Below are positions 37,888 to 52,406 of a stretch of 64,000 bases of DNA, one piece after another. The notes beneath the pieces are model-generated. The model searched no databases. It worked only from the letters and a program-made list of their open reading frames with translations, and was not told the DNA's origin. The DNA is from Octopus sinensis (Eukaryota): assembly GCF_006345805.1 (NCBI RefSeq), contig NC_043000.1:103106001-103170000 (forward strand). The letters are read 5' to 3'. The number at the start of each line of letters is the position of its first letter. Positions within the stretch are counted from its first letter, which is position 1. Made by a program: the position numbers and the translations under genes.

Positions 37888-37918
<31 letters not shown>

Positions 37919-37951
37919 ATATATATATGTATATATATATATATATATATA

Positions 37952-38020
<69 letters not shown>

Positions 38021-38523
38021 CACACACACATATATATATGCACAAACAAGTCAGAACGCTACCTACCGCTACAAGTGCAATGATCGTCTTTATTGCATGA
38101 ATGGTAATACGCACAAATTTTGACAATATCTTTAAAAATATACTTAAGTTTATTGTTTAGAATTGAAACATATAAGTATTATATATTGTGTTTTGTTTAT
38201 TTACTTATTGACACCGAGTTTATTAGTGCAAAAGATGCTGTTCTACGTTGTTATCGTTCCTGTCGCTGTGGTAGTGACTAATATGCAGTTTATCAGATGA
38301 TTATATTCAAATTTTGTTTCAGAGTTAATATCTAAATAGGAGACTAAGATGAAAAAAAAATGTAAAAATGCATTTATTAATCCTGATGCTTCTTTGTCCT
38401 TATTTCCCATATGGAATTTTCCATCACCGCTCCCCCAGGCCTCGGGCTGCGCCCACTTTGAAAAGTGTTCAATACATCTTGAAAGTTGTTGTTGTTGTTG
38501 ATGTTGTGTGTGTGTGTAACTGC

Positions 38524-38828
38524 CATTCCGTCGGTTACGATGACAAGTGTTCCAGTTGATCCGATCAATGGAACAGCCTGCTCTTGAAATTAACATACAA
38601 GTGGCTGAGTACTCTACAGACACTTGTGTCCTTAACACAGTACTTTGTGAGATTCAGTGTGACGCAATGTGACAAGGCTGACCTTTTGAAATATAGGTAC
38701 TACCCATTTTTGCTAGCTGAGTGAACAGGAGCAACGTGAGATAAAGTGACTTGCTCAAGAACACAGTCTAACTTCCGACCTTCCGATCGCGAGCCAAATA
38801 CCCTAACCACTAAGCCATGCGCCTTCAC
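38524..38828 (-). mobile_element. tRNA-head SINE, 5' module Y + 3' module Q
   Basis: 5' part like the 13216 copy (cacgttgctcc...cactcagct); 3' part like the 3233 copy (cagccttgtcaca...cgtaaccgacgg). Confidence 0.82.
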
Positions 38829-38845
38829 AGACAGACAGACAGACA

Positions 38846-38879
<34 letters not shown>

Positions 38880-38903
38880 CAAACAGACAGACAGACAGAT
38901 AGC

Positions 38904-39005
<102 letters not shown>

Positions 39006-41310
39006 TGTATATATGTATAATAATTCTTGAGTTGAAACAGTGGATCTTGAGGCACATAAAGCTATAATAATAGCATATAAAAACTGGGCTGAAAATACCT
39101 TTTGTATGGAAAAGTCTATACAAATAGGTTTTACAACCCAGTATTTACAAGCTACAATTTATAGCTTTGTTTTCTTTGAAATTCACCATTCGAAAAAAAG
39201 AATTATTTCACGTTCTCTCGAAAGCTTATAAATACTTATGACATTTATACATATATACATATGTATATATATGTGTGTGTGTGGGTGTCTATATGTGTAT
39301 GTATACATGCACCTCTCAAACAGAACCACCTTTTAATTGGTGGTTGACTAGATATGATATTATACTTCCAACTAAGGTCTTAAGGACAAGTCTTATACAG
39401 GTACCGTATTTATATAGATCGCCTGTACACTAGTGAGATATCAGATTTTCCAGCCAATTATTATTACTATCTACGATAAAATGATATTCTGTCTAGGTGG
39501 TGGTTTATCTTTCATCTACGAATGCCGCGACACTGGAACTTAGCACTGAATTCTAAGACCCCTACCCCACCCATAGGTCATCGGAGGTATTTTCTTATAC
39601 ATGACATGAATATTGAATAGAGTACCCTCAAAACGATGTTTTGGGTGAATCTAGAAGCTCTAGTTTTAACCAATGGTTGTAAATCTCATCTTGACTTTGT
39701 TATCGTTGTTGTTGGTGGTTGTCTGATCGAGCAGACTTATGATTAAAAGTATTACATCTACGACAAAACCGTCTTTGTCTCTCGCTCTCTTTCTCTCTCA
39801 CACACACGTACAGTCTCTCTCTCCCTCTCTCCCTCTCTATCTCTCTCTCACTCACACACACAGTATGTCCATATTGGTTTCAAATTTTGGCATAAGGCCA
39901 AAAAATTCGGGGTAAGGGGTGAACCGATTACATCGACCCCAGTGCTCAACTGATACTTATCGATCTTGTAAAGATGAAAAGCAAAGTCAACCTGGGCGGA
40001 ATTTGAACTCAGAACGTAAGACGAACGAAATGCCGCTAAGCATTTTGCCCGGCGTGCTAACGATTCTACCAGCTCGCCGCCTTACTCAAAGTTCACATTG
40101 TTGACACCGATGACTATATACCATCTTGATTTGTTTTGACTTCAAAGATGCTTATCGTTAAGAGTTACAGTTTAATTCATTCTTTTGACTTTTTGCTATC
40201 AAGTCTAGAAGTCTTGAAAATATTCCAATAAAATTTTTTTACATACAGTTCAAGTTTTTAAAATTTTCATCTGATTATTTTCAAAAATTGTAGATCTGAT
40301 GGAGTTTTGTATGTTGATGACGAAAATTGCATTGATTGTTTCTAGAAATTAATAAAAAACAAAAGTTACAAATTGTGTAATTTTAGCCTATCGGCAATTG
40401 ACTGGCACGAAGGATGTCGTGACTGTCTCCATAGAAACAGCATTCACGAAACCTTTACGTGGTCTCTCAACCTGCTATTAATAGCCAAATCTTTCCTTAA
40501 AGTACATTATATTGTCTAAAAGACAAAATGGACGACATATTGAACAACGGCATTGTTTATTTCCTCGCTTAAGGCCAGCCCAATAACATATAAATTAAAG
40601 TCGGTCTACTTGGGAGTAAAGTTTTATCAGTCTCACGGCCCTTCAAACACTTGCTAGGCCCCACAAATCAATATTAAATGTACTTTCTCTTTTCTTATGG
40701 TAAAATTGTTTTACAAGGTTTGGTGGTGTACAAAGAAAACCATTAATACAACCAGCACCATCATCAGTACATTTCATACAATAACAATATTCTTTCTCTA
40801 CCTTTTTTCTTTCTAAAAAAACTTACTAGAAGAAAATAGGAATTCAAAAGATCCACTGTCGGGAGATCAATAAAAGTTTACATCTGTGGAATTTGAATTT
40901 AATTTAAATGTTATTATTAGCACTCAACAGGAAGTCCTGACTCAGTGAGGAAAGGAGCACTCAGTGGCACAATGTTTCGTCCTTTTTATTTTTGTTTTTT
41001 AATGGTAGAATGTTGATTAAGGAAGTTTTAGCTGCTATATCTTGCAAGTCAAGAGACCATGTAAAGGCTTCGTGCGTGTGTGTCGTTCCCATGGAGACAA
41101 ACAGTCATGACATCCGGCGTATATGTCAGTTAACGTTGCTGATAGGCAAACATTACATAACTAATATGTGGTTGTAACTTTTTTATTATTAATTTCTAGA
41201 AAATAATCTGAAGAAAATCAAAAAACCTCGATGTGGTTGGAAGAAATTTAAGAAAATCCAAATTTTCACAATTGTTTCAATAAAACATTTAACATGTACA
41301 CACACACACG

Positions 41311-41361
<51 letters not shown>

Positions 41362-41912
41362 ACATACATACACTGTCTCCCTTACACACATGCAGCACAC
41401 ACACTCACACTCACACTCTTCTTTCTGTCTTCCTCTCTCTCTCTCTCTCACACACATGGACATACTCACGCGCACACACTATCTCTCTCTCTCACACAGA
41501 CATTCACACGCACACACACACACGCACACACACACACGCACACACACACATACACAAACTGTCTCTCTCACACACATACAGCACATACACTCACACATGC
41601 ACACATACAGCATATAAACACGCACTCACACACAGAAACACACACTCACACACACTGTTTTACACTCTCTCTCTCTCTCACACACATACAGCACATACAC
41701 TCACACATGCACACATACAGCATATAAACACGCACTCACACACAGAAACACACACTCACACACACTGTTTTACACTCTCTCTCTCTCTCTCTCTCTCTCT
41801 CACGCACATACACACACACACTTCCACATTCTCTTACACACACATTCACAGACACATCATTTTACATAGATTATGTATCATTTCATGTTTTAGAGACTCA
41901 TTTTACTTTATA

Positions 41913-41945
41913 CTAGCAGAAATACCCGGTGTTGCTAGGGATTAA
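41913..41945 (-). mobile_element. Helitron 3' terminus fragment
   Basis: actagcagaaatacccggtgttgctaggg resembles the terminus at 46754. Confidence 0.5.
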
Positions 41946-42354
41946 AATGGCATGGTTTTTTTCATTGTTTTACTTGTTTCAGTTATGTAACTGCGACCAT
42001 GCTGAAGCATCGCCTTTAGTCTAACAAATCGACCCCAGGATTTATTCTTTGTAAGCCTAGTACTTATTTTATCGGTGTCTTTTGCCAAATGTAAACACAG
42101 CAACATCGGTAGGCAACCAAAGTTGCCGGGATTGCGAATAAGAATGCAAGAGTTAAAGAATGGAGTAGATAAGATCCGGGCTACACATTTTTCATAGCGA
42201 GCAGATCCTCGGAAGTGGTAACTATCCAAGCAGAGTGTATACCGCAGGCTACTCGTCAGGCCGAGGGTATCTTGATTAAATGAAAGTTTACATTGTCGCA
42301 AGAAGGTACATGTTAACACATGGATAATTCGATCAAAATGTATATATCTTTTAT

Positions 42355-42597
42355 CTTTTATTTGTTTCAGTCATTAGAATGTGGCATGTAGGAGCACCGC
42401 CTTGAATTGATGGATTCCAGTACTTATTTTTTAGCTAAGCCTGGTGCTTATTCCATCGGTCTTTTTTGTCGAATCCTAATTTATGGGAATGTAAACACAC
42501 CAAGCCAGTTGTCATTGGTGGTGGGAGACAAACACAGACAAAAAGGCACACACGCACACACACACACCCAAACACGCACACACACACACACGCGCAC

Positions 42598-42631
<34 letters not shown>

Positions 42632-42673
42632 GATTTATATATATAGAGAGAAAGTGAGTGAGAGAAAGAGAGA

Positions 42674-42706
<33 letters not shown>

Positions 42707-42860
42707 GAATACGACATGCTTCTTTTAGTTTCCGTCTACCAAATCCACTCACAAAGTTTTGGTCGGCCGGAAGCTATATTAGAAGACACTTGCTCAAGGT
42801 GCCACGCAGTGGGATTGAACCCAGAACCATGTGGTTGGGAAGAAAGCTTCTTCCGACACG
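42355..42860 (-). mobile_element. SINE family C with an internal CA/GA microsatellite
   Basis: Both halves match 37280. A truncated copy lies at ~41965-42110. Confidence 0.8.
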
Positions 42861-43688
42861 GCCACGCCTGCATCTATATCTCTGTGTATGTGTGTGTGTG
42901 TATCTGTGTATGCGTGTGTGTGTGTGTGTGTATGTGTACATATATACATATGCATGTATACAAACACACACACACACACACACACACATGCACACTTATT
43001 TACTAGCACTCACCACATATACAAACGGAACGGACCAAGATAGACGGAAGATCGGTGACTGTGGCACACACGTTATAGATGTCAGGTGTGTTTATTAAAG
43101 ACACTGTGAACTTATTGACCGAATCCAGAAGATGTGTTCGCCTCTTTCCAGTTGACCTTCGTTGATAAACGTATGTCATGTGCACTCCAAACATGATCCC
43201 CTGTCATTGCCACATTGCTTCTACATCACCACTACCCTTACCATCACTCTCACCATCGCTTTTCACTACTCAAAGCTCACCTTTTCTTTTTCTTGACACA
43301 TACCTCTAATCAAATGTATTCTACACTTGCTACACTTTGCTACACTTTGCTTTTTACAACCCCCTCCCATCGACCCTCCCACCAGGGCACCATTTGTAAT
43401 TTTTTTTTCCTTTCTCAGTGCTTTGTCTCTTTCTCTCAATTTCTGTTTCTCTCTCCTTGTCTTCTTACTCTCTTTCTTCCTTTCTCTTTTTCTTTCCCTG
43501 TATCCATTACACATATAGCATAGTCATATATATATATACATACACACGTATCTATCTATATAGATAGATAGATACATACATACATTCAGACATACATACA
43601 CACACATGCATGTTTATTCATTATATATATACATATATATATATATATATAATATATATATATATACACACACACATATACACACATT

Positions 43689-43720
<32 letters not shown>

Positions 43721-43773
43721 GATATATACACACATATACACACATTTATATATATATATATTATATATATATA

Positions 43774-43823
<50 letters not shown>

Positions 43824-44337
43824 GATATATACACACATATACACATACACTTACATACTTACACATGCATACATATATGCATACCTATACATACGTGCAC
43901 GCAAACATACACAGTCTTTCAGATGACATCTTCCTCTTTCTCCTCCTCCTCCATCTCCTTCTCGACTTATCACCTACCATCTCTCCCACTCCTATCATCT
44001 CTCTATCTAGCTAAGTCTTTATCATTCGACCATCTTACTGATCCACCTTCTTACCTACCACACATATCCAATCTGCCCACCTACTACCCGCCTTTCTACC
44101 TGTTTGCATACCTAGCAACCGACCTGCCAACAGACATTTTTTCCCCCTCTACATCTCGTTAAATTCATGTTGATACGACACGAACTCATACACACACACA
44201 TACTGTGCCGTCTCTCTTCTCCTAGAAGCTCTATAGATTCTCATACTACATCACAAATGTCACTTGTGTTGCATTTATGTATGTATTTCTAGATATGTAT
44301 CTTACTGTGTATGTATGTATGCATGTATGTATGTATG

Positions 44338-44373
<36 letters not shown>

Positions 44374-44630
44374 TGTATGTATGTATGTATGTGTATGCAT
44401 GCATGTATGTATGCATGTATGTATGTATGCATGTATGTATGTATGTATGTATGTATGTATATGCATGTATAAGGATGTATATGTGTGCATATATATATAT
44501 ATATAAATGTGTATGAATGCATATTTGTATGCACGTATGTATGTGTATGCATGTATATATGTATGTATTTCTAGATATGTATCTTACTGTGTATGTATGT
44601 ATGTATGTATGTATATGCATGTATAAGGAT

Positions 44631-44676
<46 letters not shown>

Positions 44677-45412
44677 GTGTATGAATGTATATTTGTATGC
44701 ACGTATGTATGTGTATGCATGTATATGGATGCATATGTGTGTATACGTGTATGTGCTTGTGTATGTGTGTGTGTGTGTGTGTTCAAGTATGCATCCTCTT
44801 GTATGTTTTTGTATGCATATGTATATTTCTATAAAACATTTATATAAAATTAAGTTCACTTCCATTTAAATATTAAAAAAAATAATTTTCATATTTCTAG
44901 TACATACTCTCTTCAATGTGTCTGACTATACATGTATATGTGCATACAATGCGTACACGCATTACATACATATCTCTATGCATACATACATACATACATA
45001 CATACATACATACATACATACATACATACATACATACATACATACATACATGCAAAAACATACACTGTTTGAAATAGATCTCAGTTCATTAGCAAATTAA
45101 TTAATTAATAAATAGGTTAAAATTTTTAGTGACAATTTTCCAAGTGATTTGGAATGCGATTTTCACTTTCGTAATGTACTGATTTTTTTGCATATAGGCA
45201 CAAGCCCAGGCACAATTTTGGAGGTGAGGGCATAGCCTATTATCTCGCTGCTAGTATTTGACTGGAATTTCATTTTACTCAAAACGAGGAGAATTAAAGT
45301 CGATTTTGGCACGATTTGAACTCAGAACTCAAAGCGACATATCAGAGGGAAACTTGACTATCACTCGGTCGATTTTGTCAAATCCTCATCCTTCTGTCCT
45401 CGCATAATATTT

Positions 45413-46478
45413 TTGTTGTTGTTGTTAATTCCAAATCAGCCCTGCTCAATAATCCTATGGCGCTCGAGTAGTCGGTTGAATGGTGAAGCGCGATCCACCG
45501 ATTCATTTTCTCAATAATACCACGTCCCTGCTTAACTGAGATCCATACTGCAAAGCCCGACGATAAGTTTGCCCCCCACCCCATCGCTTCCCCAAGCCTA
45601 TATAAGCTTATACAGTTGATCCAAAAGTGCTGCCCTCATAAAAATGTCACCTAGGGCGGACTATCCTTTCGCCTAGCTACGCTACTGGTTGTATATGTTT
45701 CTAGAGATTTTGAGGTGTTTTTTTTTAAATATAATGCAGGAACTGTGAAGGTCGAAGCGCTAGGCTATGTCCTTCGCATGTCCAGTTAGTAGTTTTTCAT
45801 TTTAAGCAGTTTTGCTTTATTATACTGACAATCTGTGTACAACGTTGAGATACCACGTGCGCTGTTTTTATTTTATTTGTACTCCGTAGTTCATTGTGCT
45901 TTGTAGCTGAGAGATTAGGGGTCCAGGTTTAATTTGAACAGCCCGTGAAGGCTCTAATAATTGATTGTACACTGCTTTCGTTATCTGCCTGTTGGCCAGT
46001 TTGGTACCAGAAATTGCTCTAAATATGCTTACATTTTATTTCGTTTTTTTTTAATACTTTCTTCTATTTGCTCTGTAAATATTGAAGGCGATGTATATAA
46101 CTCCTAGTTTTTTCCTCTCCCTCATCTCCCTCTCTTCTCTCTCTATATATATATATACATATATGTGTGTGTATGTGTGCATGTGTGTGTGNNNNNNNNN
46201 NNNNNNNNNNNNNNNNNNNNNNNNNNNNNNNNNNNNNNNNNNNNNNNNNNNNNNNNNNNNNNNNNNNNNNNNNNNNNNNNNNNNNNNNNNNCTCCTATCA
46301 ATCAGCACACCTGCAGTCACAGATATACAAGCGTATATACATACATATACGTATGAAGGAAGGAGACCTATGCATACAGTCGCCCTTATGTACGAATACA
46401 GTCTTACATACATATACATATATACACTCGTGCATATATATACACCTGCATACACATACACATTTAATAAATATACTA

Positions 46479-46518
<40 letters not shown>

Positions 46519-46740
46519 TATATATATAAGAGGAACTCTGTATAAATTGAAAATATACGCTTGTATAGGCTTGGGGGCGTGATAGGTAGGGCGGCCAAAC
46601 TTATTATCGGGTGTGCAGTATAGATTTCAGTTAAGCAGGGATGTGGTATTATTGAGAAAATGAATTGGTAGATAGCGCTTCATCATTCAACTGACTACTC
46701 GACTATTAAGCAGGGCAGACTTCGGAATTAACAACAACAA
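45413..46740. repeat. ~185-bp inverted repeat pair (45413-45604 and 46561-46740)
   Basis: The reverse complement aligns by eye across shared blocks such as tcattttctcaataataccac and tccctgcttaactga. Confidence 0.9.
46192..46291. other. Assembly gap (100 N)
   Basis: Direct reading. Confidence 1.
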
Positions 46741-46753
46741 GAATATATACATA

Positions 46754-47391
46754 CTAGCAGTATCGCCCGGCGTTGCTCGGGTTTGTAAGGGAAAAAACTA
46801 TATAAGCATTTTTAGAGAGTTATAGCCAAAAAATAGCAAAAAATGCATAAAAAAATGGAAAAAAAATATGATGGTAAATTTTTTAAAAATCGTTGACTCA
46901 TCGTAGACATTTTTAGAGAGTTACTTCCCTATAATTAGCGAAAAATGCATTAAAATGGGAAAAAAACGATGGTAAATTTTTTTTTAAATCGTAGACTCAT
47001 GTGTAGACGCTTTCTTAGCCATTTCTGTTTTGGTGTCTTCAAGCCATGAAGTCGTTGTTCTAAAAAACACTGGTCTCCTTGACAACGCATACGACGTTGA
47101 TTTCCTTACACTCCCTTCCCCACAGGTGCAGGTGTGAGCGTGGACGCCAACTCCGCCGCCATCGACACACGAAAAATTATGCATTAAAATGGAATAAAAA
47201 ATGATGATGTTAAATTATTTTTAAGATCGTAGACTCATCGTAGACGCGCGCTAATATTCAGACGGGCTCGATATGAATCACGACTATAAGCTACCCGAAT
47301 TTGGTTAAACTGCACCGCAAAATGTGGGAGTAGTTAGGAATCAAATCGAAGGGGACAGACACTCACACAACTACAGTTTTATATATATAGA
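46754..47391 (-). mobile_element. Non-autonomous Helitron, second family
   Basis: 5' TCTATATATATAAAA, 3' hairpin cccggcgttgctcggg (46766-46781) and CTAG terminus; A|T insertion. Confidence 0.88.
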
Positions 47392-47402
47392 TATACATAG
47401 CG

Positions 47403-47770
47403 CAGTAGTGGTGAGATTGTGACAGCAAAGAAAAGCATACATTCACTCTCTGCATGCAATTAGACTCGGAAAGTTCGTGAGGAACCCATTGACCCAATTT
47501 GCTGACTTTTCCGATAGCACACAGGTCTCAATGAATGGTTGAATGACCAAATCAAGCTTCTCTGCTAGTTCTCAACAGTTACGATGAGATTTTGTTCCAC
47601 CAAGGTTTTCAGGATGTCCTTGTCGAGTTCTACAGATCTTTCAGGATGAGGCTCGTCTTCTAGGCTGTAGTTTATGGCTCGGGATTTCTGGAACCACCAT
47701 TGACACGCCTTACGCTTATTGTCCAATCCCCATATACTGCATTAATATTTCTTGTACTTTGCACACATTT
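47403..47770 (-). pseudogene. Mariner transposase fragment
   Basis: STRNINAVYGD..., CQWWFQK..NYSLEDEPHPERSVELDKDILKTLVEQN, GKVSKLGQWVPHELSE (WVPHEL at 47471-47488). Confidence 0.92.
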
Positions 47771-49574
47771 ATATCTGTTATTCTTTATATGTTTCAGCCT
47801 TGAGGTTGTGGCCATGCTGGATCATGTGTGTGTGTGTGTGTGTGTGTCTATCTGTCTGTCTGTCTGTATGTATATATGTATATGTATGTGTGTGAACAAT
47901 AATATTTTCAACAGATGTGTTGCAAATGTATCTGATTGTTCTCAAGCTTCAATACTGTGTGTGTGTGTATGTGTGTGTGTGTATGTATGTATGTATATGT
48001 ATGTATGTATGTATAGTATGTATGTATGTATGTATGTATGTATGTGTGTATGTATGTATGTGTGTGTGTATGTATGTGTGTGTGTATGTGGTGTGTGTGT
48101 GTATGTATGTATGTTATGTATGTATGTATGTATGTATGTATGTATGAGTGTATGTTTACTTTATACTAACACAAGCCACTACGGTTATTTAAAGAAAGTC
48201 TTCCTCAAATCAATCTCTCTCTCCGCTATTTACTCTCTTCAAGAACATTTTCACTCACTCTTAGCTCTTAGCTTCCCATACATTTTACTCATGTATCTAT
48301 CAGCGTCATAGACAGAATACTTTCAGTTTAGTCTTCCTCAATCACTCTGTCGCTATTTACTTTCATTTTATCGTTGCCCACTGTGTGTGTGCGTTTGCGT
48401 GTGGTGTAAACCAGACTAAGAAAAGCATTTGACACACACACCAGAATGTGAGTTTTCTGTAAATTTTGCTTAATTGGAGTTTAAATTTTAAAAACTGGAC
48501 CTGACATGACGCGATGCATTGTACTCTTAAAAATGGTAGGTAAATTGTAATTGAAGAAATCCTATATTGTAGATTTGTATAACTCCCAAAGGGAGGCAGA
48601 TAAAATCTGCCTTTTATAATAAGAGATATCATTCCCAAGTTATTATTCTGCTCTTGACTATATAAGAAGACATTTGCCGAAGGGACCGCACTACGAGACT
48701 GAACCCAAAACGACCTTCTTAACAATACATATATCTGTTGCCTGCGAATAAGACAACATAATCCCATTCATCAACATCTCAATGCGTTTACCATATACAT
48801 ATTAAGGAAATAAGGTTTATGTCTATAACATTATCCCACCATTACCCATTCATGAATCCACTCACAACTTAAAACTTCACAAACCTTTATAACAACCAAA
48901 CAACAAAATCTTTAATGTCCTGTTATGGAAACCACATACAAAATCCGTATATTTAAGTAACGGATTTACTCTTCGGGACTTAACCGCTATGCTACACAAC
49001 CACTATATTCTAACAGCCGCTGTTTGGACTGTAGGGCTTTTCTCGAACATTTTCGTCCTGCAGCCGTAGAGTTACAACTATTTTCAGAGAAACATCAACC
49101 AGACGATTTCATAGGTCCGGAGAACATGCAGAAACCATGGACAACAGCGAAGTTCATTCTTTAGACTAATTCTCTCATCTGAATTAACCAAAGGAAGTCT
49201 TGAGTTTTAATCATCATATGCAAATATATGGCATTTGTCCAACGCACACACATACACATAAACATACAGACACACGCGCACACACACATACTTATACACA
49301 TACACACATACAAATATGTGTGTATGTGGGAGTGGGCTTATGGCAACAAACTCATTGATCCATTAACCTGTTATTTTGTCTGGAGTCTCGCCTATGTGTC
49401 TCGGTTTTTAAGGCAGGAAATCTATAGTATTGAGTATTGCTTACCCCGATCGTAAAAAAAATCAACGAATATATATATATATATATATATCTATATATAT
49501 ATATAATTAATTAATATTCGATTGAATTAGGTACTTAAATTGAGGCACTCTGTCAGGTCGATCTAATTTGCATT

Positions 49575-49877
49575 CAGTGGAACCTCGGTTTACGAAGGGC
49601 GCTCATCATGAATAAAATTAGTTTACGAACAATTTTTCAATAATAATACGTCTCGGGTGACGAACGGTACCTAGAATAACGAACACGCAAACAGGCAACA
49701 CGGTTGGTGACAAGCTGGGAGACCGCCAGTTGCTGTCTAGCTTTCGCTCAGCGCATATACTTGAATTCGCCGCGCCTTCTCTTGAATTTCTTATTAGAAG
49801 AAGTTTCGATTTATGAACATTCCGGATGACACTCGTCCTTCTGGACCGAATTAAATTCGTAAACCGAGGTTCCACTG
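49575..49877. mobile_element. Tigger-type MITE, 303 bp
   Basis: Perfect 22-bp TIRs CAGTGGAACCTCGGTTTACGAA (49575-49596 and 49856-49877). The TA TSDs are decayed (TT/CA). Confidence 0.9.
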
Positions 49878-49881
49878 CATA

Positions 49882-49919
<38 letters not shown>

Positions 49920-50094
49920 TTTGGAGGGATATATCCGGCCAGATACCGTCGTGGCTCTCAGTTATGTTCCAAGTTACTGCTAACCGTATCCATCTGTACT
50001 TAACATCTATGACTACTATTAGTTGACAGTCAGTCTGTAAGTTCCTCCGATGGTGTTCGGTGTTCGTTTCATTGGACCGTAATACTGTCTAGAC

Positions 50095-51520
50095 CAAAGG
50101 TTCTCAACGGGGGCTATATGTCCCCCCATGGGGGCGTTTCGAGCTCGAGGGGGACGTTTTGGAGCAAAGGCGGCGTTAAGAGACTTGGAGGCGCTAGGGG
50201 GCGCTGGAAGACCCTGTTTTTTGGTAAGTTTAATTTGAAATTAACGAGTAGTAGCCATATATATCTTTACATCTCTGCGACAGTCAGTTTTTAAAAAAAC
50301 CATGCCTTTTTGTTTCAAATTTTCAAAATCTTTAAAAAACTTTTTACCACTTCGACGACATCAGGAAAATTCCTGGCACCATGTGTAACTGGTAATAATG
50401 AAATAAAAGTTAGTCATAATAAGAAATCTTCCAAAAATCTATTTCCTTAAGTTTTAACTACTATTTCTGGCACACATATCTACACAGTTTTGATTTTGAA
50501 GAATTTTAAAAATTATTTGGAAATTATAAAGAAAAACGAATGGTAGATTCAGATTGTCCGTATTTTAAAACCACGAATTAAAAAGAAAAAATTTTGTGTG
50601 TGTCAAATTTTTTTCTCCAGAAGTTCAAACTTCATAGGAATAAGCGTGGAAAACTGCACAAGATAACCAATTTTCAGATTTTTTACTTCCTTTTAAAAAA
50701 TGCAGATTTTGTGAATAAAACAAAACTAGATCCTGAATAAGAAATGAATGTTTAATATGATAAATTTTCAGATTTTTTAAAGTCATTTTAAAAGGAGGCT
50801 GATTTTGTGACTCAAACTAACTAGATCCAAGTACCATGAATACCATCCTCCACAATTTGCTACTCATATGAAGTTCATATGTATTTCAACAATTTCTATC
50901 AAATACACTCTCTTTCTTGAGCATAAAAAGTTCTCTTCCCGGGTGACAATAAGTTATATGTCAAATTGTTGCACAAGTTCTAACTGTTTCGATAAGGGAA
51001 ATCGGAAAGATTTGAAATGATTTCATCGATATTTACTTGTACCAAAGAGCACTCTTTCGATAGACAACACGTCGATCTCATAAGCGTCACGTGGTGGAAA
51101 TAAACACAGTTACCAAACTTTCAATTCATTATTTCGTTTTCTTTTTTTTTCTTTTGCATTTCATTTTGTACATCTGTGCTCCCGACTGCGTACAAGCGCA
51201 TATGTAAAACGATGTCCTTTACTTTTTAATCATTATCTCCTGCTATCAAAATAGGTTCGAGCTGGCAGAAACGTTAGCACGCCGGGCGAAATGCGTAGCC
51301 GTATTTCGTCTGTCGTTACGTTCTGAGTTCAAATTCCGCCGAGGTCGACTTTACCTTTCATCCTTTCGGGGTCGATAAATTAAGTACCAGTTACGCACTG
51401 GGGTCGATGTAAACTGGGGTCTATGTTTAGCCCCTTGTGGTCAATAAAGAAATATATATTAAAAAAAAAAAAGTCTAGATCAAAAGGGGTCCTTTGGCCA
51501 GAATGAGTTGAGTACCTTTC
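50095..51520 (+). mobile_element. Non-autonomous hAT-Charlie element containing a SINE
   Basis: 14-bp TIRs, 12/14 match (CAAAGGTTCTCAAC / GTTGAGTACCTTTC). 8-bp TSD gtctagac/gtctagat fits the NTCTAGAN Charlie target. Confidence 0.9.
51255..51455 (+). mobile_element. SINE family A nested in the Charlie element
   Basis: Head and core match; shortened tail. Confidence 0.9.
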
Positions 51521-52372
51521 GTCTAGATTACAAATTAGCAACAATTATAACGATGTAGAATACGGAAACTTGTTCATCCTTAAACTTTGCATAAAATTTT
51601 AAAATAAGAGGAAATAAATTTTGAGGATTAACAAGTCTCCATCTTCTATAGTGGTCTAATTATTGCTAACACACACACACACAAACACACATACACATAG
51701 AAATCACTGCATATATATATTCACGTATGTATGTATGTGTGTGTGGTGCGAGAATAAATGTGCGCATGCGTGCACACATGCATTTGCACGTACTTGTGAT
51801 GTGTGTGCCTCTGTGCGTGTGTTTGTGTGTGTGTGTGTAAGTATGTATGTGTGTGTGTGTGCGCGCGTTACGTATGTTTATGTAAGTGTATATTTACGCT
51901 CGGCGAAGTTGTATCGCGTGTGCATGTGAGTTCGTATGTATGCGTTTTCTGGGTCTTTGTGTGCGTTCGCGTGTGTTCACCAGTGCGAGAATGCCTATGT
52001 GTCTGCGAGCATGAAATGTACGTTTATGTGGGGGTCTGTGTGCGCAAGTGTCTGTTTGTGTCTTGTCTGAGTATAAGCGTTTTCTGAGTGTGTTTGCATA
52101 TGTTTTTCCGTGTGCTTATGAGCATTTATAAGTATTTTCGCGTGTACAAGTGTGTAGCTTATATGAATTTATGTATGCTTATGATTGTTTTCTATGAGTG
52201 TGAGTGTATGTATGGGTGCTCGTTTTTGATTTTATATTTCAAATGCTGTGTTTCCTGTGTGTGTGTATGCCATGGTGTTACTGCTTTTTTTTTCTTTTTG
52301 GTGTTAGTCTACACTGATGCTGTTGGTATACATACATACATACGTACATACATACATACATACATACATACA

Positions 52373-52406
<34 letters not shown>

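Noticed and set aside
50830-50960. hAT transposase C-terminal remnant inside the Charlie element
   Set aside because: Only a faint resemblance (IL.PQFAT) across frameshifts; too weak to call.
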